DNA of 63,426 nt, filler included, from Octopus bimaculoides (lineage: Eukaryota): assembly GCF_001194135.2 (NCBI RefSeq). It is 4 parts of 4 records of this genome, joined end to end, with 100 filler letters (N's around TTAATTAATTAA, not from the genome) between each part and the next. Parts side by side here need not be neighbours in the genome. Positions count along the whole stretch, not along the records: positions 23,768 to 55,449 come from NC_068983.1; positions 55,550 to 57,779 come from NC_068994.1; positions 57,880 to 63,426 come from NW_026318731.1; 1 more part is not named here. One strand, 5' to 3'. Made by a program: the position numbers and the translations under genes. Shown one piece after another: positions 53,131 through 63,426 of this stretch. Each line of letters begins with the position of its first letter. The first letter of the stretch is position 1. The notes under the pieces were generated by a model. It saw nothing but the letters and a program-made list of their open reading frames with translations. It was not told the origin of the DNA and made no database searches.

Positions 53131-55726
53131 TATGACAGTCTAAAGTCAGACTAACTTACTAAATAACGCACAATCATGTTTCTGTCAAATTACTGATAAG
53201 GTTTGCTTTACGACTTTTATATAATTTTAAATATTAATATCTGACCTAGCCTGGAGGCAACCGATTTATAGATATATTATGTTGTCGGAAGCTTACAATT
53301 TGCTTTTTAGGAAAGTATGGCCGTCATGTAACAATGAATTGGAATGTTCTTTTCACTGATTAAGACGAAATTAGCTCGTTGGTAGTTTTGCTATTTTCTA
53401 CATTTGCGTAATCGATTAAATGAACCAAAGTGTATCACTCTTAGTGAGTTTTATCGAACCCTGCTATTGAATGAATGATGAAATAAACATACAGTCTCAA
53501 CTGATAACTTTTATGCATTTATCCCTGTCTTCTAACATCTTGATAATTTCCACCTTCTTAACTAATTAACAAAAATGTTATTACTATCCGTTGATTAGGA
53601 ATCAAGGTTCAGTAATCTAGGGCAGTGTCGTTATGGATATACTTACACTCACGAAGTACCGGTAGGGTTTAACGATGTGTAAGAATTCAACTGCAAAGTG
53701 AAACCAATTGTCGAAGATTCAATAGACGCAGTATTTAATTTTGGTTTATGTCTTGCAGCTTTATTATGAAAGAAATAATTTTACTTAACTAGTTGCACAA
53801 ACAAAATTAATAACGTTACTCTACGATGCCCATGCATTTCTTAATTGTTTTTAACGTCATTATTCATTATCTGAATATTAATTGATTATGTTATTTAATC
53901 ACAAGGTCAGTAATTCTTGTGAAGATTACAGTTGCATAAATGGATCTAAGTAGATTCGTGTTGCTATTAAAGTCTTAATTATGAAAGGATGACTTAATGC
54001 AAGAGAGGCGTGATTGAAGATAAAACGAAGAGAAACTAAAGAGTAAAAATATAAATTTTTCGTATTATTTGGTCACAAATTTTCATTATCCGGAAAAATG
54101 GTAAATGACATGTTTGTCACATGAGTATATTTTCAAACAATTTTTCTAGCAAAGAAATGATTTTCGAAAAACCTCGGCAAAACCGAAGTTACAAAGGCCC
54201 GCAACTAAATACTAAAAATTATTTTTCCTTTTTTTCTTTGCTTTCTTCCTTTCTTTGTTTGTGCGCTTGACTATCTCTCAGTCGATCACCCATTGGCCTT
54301 CATCGCCTAAACAATAATTTTCTCTAATTCTGCACAAGGCTGAAAGTAAGGGAGGGTTAGCAGATTCGACACAGACAAGACTTGAACTCAGGAATTGTAA
54401 TCGATACCCCTGGTATTTAGTACTGCACCCTAACGGTCTCTGACATCCTATTCATAAACTTAGAATTGTTGGAAACGATTCACACACGCACGCATGCACA
54501 TAAACTCACTCAATCTCGCTCACACACGTGTGTGATTTCGCGTAAAACTGAGTTTGCCTGAAAGAAAGACGTTTATTTGAAATAAGAGTTATTAACTGTA
54601 AACATTGGAGAAAATTAAATGGCACTGAATGTTATTGTTCGAAGCTGATAATGAGATGTAATAATACATTACACTGCATTTGATAACTGTTGTTCTCCAA
54701 AACAAGCTGGCTATTATTCCACGATTCAGCAGGTTTAGTGTAACCTGTAGGTTTAATGTAATAAGCAATGTTTCTTTTTTGTTTTTATTTTTTTTCATAT
54801 TTGTATAATACAATGAATCTTCAACTGGAAACAGTTCATTTAACAATAATAGGTATCAAAATGAACTGACAAATAGTCGACAGGATTGACTAGAAGCTCG
54901 GCTGTAGCTTCCATGCAATAGACTTTTGTGATTGTAATTTGTCATTCTACCTATATGAATAACTATTCGTCTTTCTATCTGTGTATAGATTGAGGGATTT
55001 ATAATAATTAGAGTGCATATTTGCAATCATATATACATACATACAAACATACATATATGCATATATACTCATATATTGTTTGTATTACGACAGAACACAC
55101 GCGTTGACCTTTATACAGTAAGTTTTAACTATTTTTCCAACGCTACTCTCTCTATCTCTATATCTATCTCCCCCTCTCATTCTTCCCTCTACTGTTCTTC
55201 GCCTCTACCTGTCACTACTATCTCTCTCTCTCTCTATCTCTTGTTACTCGTCCTTCGCCTCTCACCGTTACTACTACTATCTCTCTCTCTCTCTTTACCC
55301 CTCGTTGCTCACTTTTATTCTACTTCCTCCCCTTCTTTTTCCTCTGCTACTCTTTCTCTTCACACAGCCTTGGTCACGTGTATCCGGTTGCTATTTCTTT
55401 TCGTTCTTGGAATCACCAAGCTCGCACGTACTTCTTTTCCCCTCCTGTANNNNNNNNNNNNNNNNNNNNNNNNNNNNNNNNNNNNNNNNNNNNTTAATTA
55501 ATTAANNNNNNNNNNNNNNNNNNNNNNNNNNNNNNNNNNNNNNNNNNNNCACACTCGCAGACTTACGCACGCGCACCGCTATTCATCTCCCTTTTTCACT
55601 CTCCCATCTTAGAAAGAACTTTTCCCCCACCACCTCCTCTTCCGGTCTTTTCATCATGTAACCTCGTGGGCATCGGTACCATTTTCCTCTTTCTCCGTTC
55701 TTCCATTCTCCGAACTTTCCATCTTT

Positions 55727-55753
55727 CCGACGAAGGGCTACGCCCGAAACGTC
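55727..55753 (+). ncRNA. PLE-type ultra-minimal hammerhead remnant within a pLTR-like repeat (about 55550-55850)
   Basis: CCGACGA-A-GGGC tac GCCC-GAAACGTC. It has a U4->C change and a weak stem I. Confidence 0.5.
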
Positions 55754-56059
55754 ATACACTCTTTCCTTTCCTGAGCGTCCAATAATACTTTCCATATCAC
55801 GTCCTCACTTTGTTGTTTTTTTGTTTTTTTGTTATTGTGTTTTTGAACTATATATATATATATATATATATATGTGTATATACATATATATATGGTTGAA
55901 ATTTATAGAAAAACAAGAAACGAAGACTGGTGTATGAACAAGTAAGCGTGTCTATATGATTGATAGCTGTCGACTCACGAGTCCAGTATGGCTCTTTTCA
56001 ACACCAGTTCTGACATATTACATACACTTAGGCGTCAAACTAATTTAAAACAACACACA

Positions 56060-56530
56060 AATTCGCTGGCAAAATCGACGGAGATGAATATTTACAGTTT
56101 AACATTACTATATAGTTGGAGATAGTCTGCATGTTGTGTGACCGAAAATGACTCTTTGGTCCAGCAAAAGTTCTACAAATGTTTCTCCACGGACGACATG
56201 AAAATGCTTTCATTCCGTTGTAAAGATGTCGCTCGGAAGTCTTCTGGTGACGTTTCATGAGCGTTGTCGTCACAGATTTACATCTGCAGACCCTATTGCA
56301 GTTAGAACAAAGTAATTCATCGAATTGTGACTGTCAAATGTGAGTGGAGGACTCGATTATGATTGACTAGTCCAGCTGAAGAGGGGCCGATAGGGTTGCA
56401 GATTGGAGAGAAGGATCATTGTTAGGTTAGAGGGATCATTGGCCACCGACTGTAAAAGCGACTGTGTTAATTAGCAATCTCTGAAGAAGGAAGTTTTGAA
56501 TTCCGAAATATTAGACTATGGATGTTTAGA
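56060..56530 (+). mobile_element. Degenerate PLE 3' end (GIY-YIG remnant plus pLTR)
   Basis: IVCMLCDRK*LFG...DVARKSSG..KVIHRIVTV weakly resembles Penelope-type GIY-YIG C-termini (C..C...YiG...PVARHF..kLIf.LgTl), followed by a same-strand hammerhead. Confidence 0.4.
56476..56517 (+). ncRNA. Minimal type I hammerhead
   Basis: aaTCT-CTGAAGA-A-GGAA gttttgaa TTCC-GAAA TA T T-AGAct, with an intact core and an AUU triplet. Confidence 0.6.
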
Positions 56531-56572
56531 TTATTTCTGCATCGTTGTACCATTCCAGACACGTTATATATA

Positions 56573-56735
56573 TCATCATCATCATCGTTTAACATCCGCT
56601 TTCCATGCTAGCATGGGTTGGACGATTTGACTGAGGACTGGTGAAACCGGATGGCAACACCAGACTCCAATCTAATTTGGCAGAATTTCTACAGCTGGAT
56701 GCCCTTCCTAACGCCAACCACTCAGAGAGTGTAGT
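56573..56735 (-). mobile_element. RTE LINE 3' UTR with (GAT)n tail
   Basis: Near-identical to 3563-3730. Confidence 0.8.
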
Positions 56736-56943
56736 AATATNNNNNNNNNNNNNNNNNNNNNNNNNNNNNNNNNNNNNNNNNNNNNNNNNNNNNNNNNNNN
56801 NNNNNNNNNNNNNNNNNNNNNNNNNNNNNNNNNNNNNNNNNNNNNNNNNNNNNNNNNNNNNNNNNNNNNNNNNNNNNNNNNNNNNNNNNNNNNNNNNNNN
56901 NNNNNNNNNNNNNNNNNNNNNNNNNNNNNNNNNNNNNNNNNNN

Positions 56944-56983
<40 letters not shown>

Positions 56984-57115
56984 ATAAGCAGAATGACAAG
57001 CAGCAAGACAGACACATAGACAGGCAAATAGACGGATGGATGGATGGATGGATAGATGCATGGATGAGTAGATAGCTGGATAGATTAATAGAAGGACTGA
57101 TGAATAGAGAGACAA

Positions 57116-57157
<42 letters not shown>

Positions 57158-57741
57158 CGAGTTAAATAGATAGATAGATAGATAGATAGGTGTTGTTGGT
57201 AAGCATGTATAATGATGAAGCTGCACAACGGCTGTTAGCATTATTCAAAAGAAAAATACAAAAGCTTTGAAGCAAATTATATTTGTATTAAAAGAAAACC
57301 GACTTGACACTTCGCACAAATTGGTAGCGTATTGGCATGTTAAATGTCATTGAAAAAGGCATCGTAAACAACATGGCATCATGCATGATCTTTCTGGGAA
57401 TATTCTTCATTCTTTGTCTTCCGCATATATTTATTTACTTCATTATTTTTGTGGTTCTCTTTTCGCACATAACCACAGCAGTTGATATTGTTGCACATGT
57501 TGCCATTGTAGCTGTTGCTGTTGTTGTTGTTGTTGTTATTGTTGTGATTGTAATAATGATGGTGGTGAGTTGGTGACGGCATGTTTTCACCATTTGCAGA
57601 GTTTCGTTCGCGTTCAGATTGTACATTTGTACATGGAAGTCGTTTCTTTGTTGTAGCTGATGGTATTTCACTAACACATTTGTACGTGTATAGGCGTGTG
57701 CTTGTGTGTATGTGTGCATGAGTGTGCATGTATGTGTATAC

Positions 57742-57779
<38 letters not shown>

Positions 57780-57879
57780 NNNNNNNNNNNNNNNNNNNNN
57801 NNNNNNNNNNNNNNNNNNNNNNNTTAATTAATTAANNNNNNNNNNNNNNNNNNNNNNNNNNNNNNNNNNNNNNNNNNNN

Positions 57880-60870
57880 AATTTATATTTTAATATATTA
57901 ACATTGTCTGCTATAATTATTCTATTCTATGGACTCCATACTATAAATTCTAAACACTTCTCCTCTTATTTGAGATCCACAGTGTGCTATCCTATCTCTA
58001 GTATTTAATTTAATACCTACATTTATTATCGTCAAATTATACACTTATATATTCTGCCTTAAGATCTAATAATAGACTATATTGTACTGTACTGTATTAC
58101 CAGTTATAATTAACTCCTCATTAAAATCAATCTATACTAAATTGTGCCGAGATTTAAATAGCAAATTCCTAGCAGCTACCTATAACTTTAATATTTGATA
58201 TTTCTATATGGCCTGCCTTCATATCTAATGTTATATACCATTATTATTATTACTATTATTATTATTATTATTGTTCTTCTTCTTATTATTATTGTTATTA
58301 TTATTATTATTAATATTATATTACAACTCGTTTCAATCTAGTAAACCTCCTCTTATAAACTGTCCAAACTTTTATGTCGGAATCTAGGATTGGTCTTCAT
58401 TATTAAAAGTTATATTATTATTATTAACAGATAATTTGGGGGGTCTAAGTGCAATATTTTTAACAAAACCATCGACAATAATAATGCTCCTAGTCAATTT
58501 TCTATTATAATTAAACTCACTTTTCAAATGCCACCAAAATTCAAGTACATCCCACAACTATTATTTGTACGTTATATACTAATGTACCCTATTTAAGGAT
58601 CTAAATTTATCTTATAATTTAGTATATATTGCATCTAATCTTAAACTAACATGGGAATCTATACCATATCATCTAAAGAGGATTTTATAGGATCCTTGTC
58701 ACTATTATTATATTATATTGGTATGATCCTTCTATGGACTACCTGTTATGGTAGAATTCATTATAACCCCTTGTCATATCTCAATTTTATTTAATTTTAT
58801 TTAAACCAACAAAATGTGTTTTTTAGAATGTGTGTACATTTCAGAGCATTATTTGTTAATTTATTTATCAATTTACCCTTAGAGAATAATATGAAATAAA
58901 GTTCTAACGTACAAAGCGAACAGTATTTCCTACCCCTCTCATATGGCAAAGATCTCGCTACGATAGACCATTCTAACCAATATGGCTTATTTTGTTCTTT
59001 CTTTGAGTTCCCAGATGTATTTACTGAGACTAGTGTTTGCTACTTTCCTTCTATCTCTAAATGTGCAGAAATGATTAGAGATTCGTTTACATACTTGTCC
59101 TGAAGTGCATCCAAGGTATTTTCTAGTATCCGTTTGAGTCCTTACCTTACATTGATAAACTACATTTTTGACATTCGCATTAGGTCCTTCAAATTTCAAT
59201 CTCCTATGGTTTACCTCATTTACTGTAATTAAATTCCTACTATTACAAACATTATCACTATTATTAATAATAATAATATCTCCATTATTATTATTATTAT
59301 TGTTATTGTTATTATTATTATTATTATTATTGCTATTTATATCATGGTTTAAATTCCCATTCCCCCCTATTTCTTTAGACTTTAGTATTTTAAAATTATG
59401 TGCTGCCATTATTTGTGCTAAGTTTATGAACTTAGCACAAATAATGGCAATCCAAATCTAATGATATGTGTATTAATAATTTTACCATAGTGTGAACTCT
59501 TTGGGAAATGTCTACTTATCACTTCTCTAAACTTTGCAATCAGGTTACTTTTGATATTCCTCCCAAATGGGATTATGAACCAAACTTTATCATCTTTATT
59601 ATTATCATAATTATTAATATCATTCTTAAAAAATTTTAAATTACCTATGTTATGTTTATGGGAATATTTGGGTTTATTTCCCTTGTTTCCATTGAGTTTA
59701 TTCTTCTTATTATTACCACTGTCATCTGTCTTGATTTTATTGTTATCATTTTCAATATAGTAAACCTTGTCTCTATAACCAGATTTATTTAATGCTGCAT
59801 TATAGAAATGGTCTTCATTATTAAAAACCCTATTATTCGCCGATAGTCTAGAGAGTCTTAATGAAATATTTTTAACTAAATTATCAATAATAGCAATATA
59901 GTAATATAACTTTTAATAATGAAGACCAATCCTAGATTCCGACATAAAAGTTTGGACAGTTTATAAGAGGAGGTTTACTAGATTGAAACGAGTTGTAATA
60001 TAATATTAATAATAATAATAACAATAATAAGAATAAGAACAATAATAATAATAATAGTAATAATAATAATGGTATATAATATTAGATATGAAGGCAGGCC
60101 ATATAGAAATATCAAATATTAAAGTTATAGGTAGCTGCTAGGAATTTGCTATTTAAATCTCGGCACAACTTAGTATAGATTGATTTTAATGAGGAGTTAA
60201 TTATAACTGGTAATACAGTACAGTACAATATAGTCTATTATTAGATCGTAAAGCAGAATATATAAGTGTATAACTTGACAATAATAAATGTAGGTATTAA
60301 ATTAAATACTAGAGATAGGATAGCACACTGTGGATCTCAAATAAGAGGAGATGTGTTTAGAATAGAATAATTATAGCAGACAATGTTAATATATTAAAAT
60401 ATAAATTGAATATATCACTTGTGGGGTTGGAATAAATTCATAGAAGTAAAAATTTTTTTAGTTCACAGTTTATGGTATAACATTGAGCAGACATATAAAT
60501 GTAAATTAGTCAATAGTAATTGTAGCTTTCCGGGGGCCATTAAGATAATTTATATATCTTGAATAACTAATAATAAATAAAAGAAGGTTTAGTGATCTAG
60601 GAATTATTGATAGGAGAGTAATAATCATAGAACTGACTAAGGAGTTACCTCCCCTACAAATTAGCGGAAGTAAACAGAGAAGGTATCGTATTTAACTGAA
60701 AATGGTATAGTTTTTTAAAAATTGATTTGTTCGATCAATTCATTGTGTTTTCTTTTGGTTTTTTGTTCTAATGAAAATCATTCCTGATGATGTGTAAGAC
60801 AACTAATATATTTAACCTATTTTAATGGTTAAATATAGTTTATACACAGAAATGTTTACATTGAATGAAG
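57880..60870 (-). mobile_element. Naiad-like PLE, 5'-truncated, with inverted pLTR arm
   Basis: Coding remnant 59890->58797: NLVKNISLRLSRLSAN...KVWFIIPFG..., NVVYQCKV..RKYLGCT..KRISNHFCTFRD..TSLSKYIWELK, then after a 4-bp duplication EQNKPYWLEWSI...YCSLCTLEL..KCTH..*. Arms 57880-58417 and 59902-60407 are reverse complements. The right boundary is inferred. Confidence 0.85.
60778..60868 (+). ncRNA. Complete type I hammerhead ribozyme with extended stem II
   Basis: Stem I TCATTC/GAATGA, core CTGATGA (60784-90), stem II TGTGTA..TACACA with an internal 5+9 bp hairpin, GAAA (60849-52), stem III ATGT-tt-ACAT and cleavage triplet ATT (60860-62). Confidence 0.75.
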
Positions 60871-61187
60871 ACATGGATATTTAAACTCCGGTGTTAAATC
60901 TCTCTTTTTTAAATGTATAAATTTGAAACTTTGGATATATAAACAAGGAGAACGATCCTTAAGGAATCTAATTAATGATTCTTTGAGGTGAAATCTTATG
61001 CTATATTGGTAACGATTGCAGAGTTTATAAAGGTGACAGATGGTCTATTAATCTAAAGAGAGAGATTGTGTTGTTAAGTGAAATGGAAATCAGATGGGGC
61101 AAAAAAAAAGGGGGTTAATGGAGTAAAAATTACTTGTTTAAACTAAGTTAATATTATTATCAAAGTTTACTTTGATATTCACGCTCT

Positions 61188-63426
61188 ATATTTGTTGATG
61201 TAAGGGTTTTTCAATAGATAAAATACAATTTTGTGTGGTGCAGTATTTTATACGTAATAAAGCAGGGAGAGGAAAAAATTCATATTTTTAGAATTCATTT
61301 TACGATAAACGTAAACAAACGAGCTAAGGTTGCTTTCAGAATCTTAGATATGTCTAAGAAAGTTAAAGAAGGCAATTAAAATTCTCAGACGCAGAATAAT
61401 GCCACTAACACAGCCTAAACAGGATATATTCTCTATGAGATGGCAGACCAATTCCCAACCATTAGGGGTGGTCTATACTGGGATGATTGTTTGCTCTATC
61501 TCCATAATACCACAAACCAAAATATACAAAAAGTTAAAAATAGATTAGCCAGGTTTTTCTGTAGAATGGGTTTTGGTATCATCTTTGAGGATGAAATCTC
61601 CATAGCCAATTTCCTGGATGTCACTCTAGACCTACACACCAATACCTTTTTCCTTTACCATAAACCCTCCACTAATCTTAAGTACATTAGCCAGTTTAGC
61701 AATCATCCCAAATCAGTAACTAGAAATTTAGTTAGGAACATATCACTTAGATTGTCAAATCTATCAGCAAATGAAAATATTTTCAACAAAGAAGCTGACT
61801 TCTATAACTCTGCCTTACTTAAAGCAGGATATAAAGAAAAGGTCAGATACATTAATTCTACTTACGATCTTTCTACCTATGATAATAAAGATATTAAAAT
61901 TGATAGTAACGATAAATACTATGATTGTCCTCATCATAACCCTATTGACAATAACATACAGTCAAACGTTTTTTTTACATCATAGGGGAGGTAACCAACA
62001 ATTTAAACCCTTTTTTAATAATAATAATAAATTGAAGTTTTTTAGGAATAATAACACACACACAAAACCTGCATCTGATAAAAATATCTGGTTAATAATT
62101 CTATTTGGAAAACAGATTAAATCAAATCTGGTTTCCCAATTCCGAAATGCTGTTAATAAGAATTTTCCAAGACATTCTCACTACTTCCCAGTTATAAACA
62201 TGCACGAGGTGAGATTTGGATTTTCAAACAATAATATCTTGCAAATAATATCCACACACAATATGAGACTATTAAATTCGTACACGGGTACCAATAGCAA
62301 TGACATTAATTCAGACAACACAAACCATCACCATTACAACAATAACAATACAGATAATAACCTAAGTAACAATAATTATAAGAAATATAATAATAAGTAC
62401 TACAACAACATCATTATTTCGGAATTTAATAGCAACAGAATTAGTTTTTTAAGTGATAATGCGAAAGCCAAGAACACTATATATCAATGCAAAGTCACCA
62501 CTCCTACCGATGTATCTTTTTACATTGGATCTACTTCTTCGCCAATTTCCAGAAGAATATCAAACCATTATTCCTCTTTTAGGGATAGAAATAAATGCAA
62601 CACCACGAGTCTTAGCAAATTAATTTGGGGACTTAAAGATAACAACATACAATTTAACTTAGACTGGCTAATTCTCTCCACATCTATACCATACGATAAC
62701 GATAAGAAATTTTGCCCATTATGTAATACGGAACTGTTCTTCATTTTATTCTCGAAGAATAAACTGGTGAACACGTTCATCGGAAGAGCGTACAGATGTA
62801 AACATTGGCAAACCTATGTGTTTTCTTCATATGAATAACCCCTACAAATTTATATAACGGAGGCGACTTACCTATTTATCTATTAATTACTCACATAATT
62901 CAAGCGATGCAAGTTAATTATATCTTTATATGTATAAAGGTATAATTGGCTTTTATTGCTTGATATATGTTATCTGAACACTTTCTATCTTTTGAACCCA
63001 AATTAAGACACCTAGCATGCCTATAAACATGAACTTAAACATTACTTTCAGTTTAACTTAACATAAACATTACTTCCAACTATGTTCAATACTCCAATAA
63101 CCTTATACCTTTGATTTCATTGCTCCTTCATAACTCCATCTCCTTCATTTGTTGCTTTCACTTTCTTCGGCAAAGATAGGAGTTATTTATCCTGTTTAGG
63201 CTATGTTAGTGGCATTATTCTGCGTCTGAGGATTTTAATTATCTTCTTTAACTTTCTTAGACATATCTAAGATTCTGAAAGCAACCTTAGCTCATTTGTT
63301 TACATTTATCATAAGATGAATTCTAAACATATAAATTTTTCCTTCTCCCTGCTTTATTACGTATAAAATACTGCATCACACAAAATTTTATTTTATCTAT
63401 TGGAAAACTCTTGCATCAACAAATAT
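61188..63426 (+). mobile_element. Naiad-like PLE, 5'-truncated, with inverted arm; continues beyond the window
   Basis: ORFs 61440-61985 (GLYWDD, FLDVTLDL, SNHP) and 61771-62838 (IYQC..FYIGST..RISNH, CPLC, RCKH). 61188-61426 is the reverse complement of 63188-63426. Confidence 0.9.
61425..62838 (+). pseudogene. PLE RT C-terminal half plus GIY-YIG endonuclease, one frameshift
   Basis: The two ORFs would fuse with a 1-nt deletion in the linker, for example in the T8 run at 61969-76. YRDD reads YWDD (TGG, consistent with CGG deamination). Confidence 0.85.

Noticed and set aside
59915-59996. Second hammerhead-like pattern in the inverted arm (AATGAAGA...CTAGATT GAAAC GA GTT)
   Set aside because: No C3, no stem I partner and a poorly closed stem II.
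58797-62838. Selenocysteine recoding, reported for some Naiad PLEs
   Set aside because: The CxxC and C-x-H cysteines here are ordinary TGT/TGC codons, there is no in-frame TGA at Cys positions, and I could not recognise a SECIS.
63224-63290. CTGAGGA...GAAA in the arm of the rightmost PLE
   Set aside because: No coherent stems I or III, and the other arm reads CTGAGAA.

Overview
AT-rich, microsatellite-dense eukaryotic DNA with many assembly gaps. The tRNA-derived SINE families and repeat landscape suggest an octopus genome (inference). Almost everything recognisable is transposon-derived: hAT, pogo (with a nested Helitron), Tigger-like and mariner MITEs, two mariners, two piggyBac 5' ends, a Chapaev-like fragment, RTE, CR1-like and R4/Dong-like LINE remnants, and several SINEs. 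No intact host gene is visible, only a weak cluster of plus-strand splice signals ending in a plausible terminal exon near 32.2 kb. The most notable content is Penelope-like retroelement (PLE) material. There are four Naiad-like RT/GIY-YIG copies; two sit back to back at 57.9-63.4 kb, each with a long inverted terminal arm and an Asn-rich linker lacking the usual Cys knuckle. There are also about seven hammerhead-ribozyme-like motifs, including a complete one with an unusually long stem II (60778-60868) and two covarying copies sharing a non-canonical CA-UGANGA core (19613-19665, 41011-41050). All family assignments come from motif recognition by eye; no database search was run.
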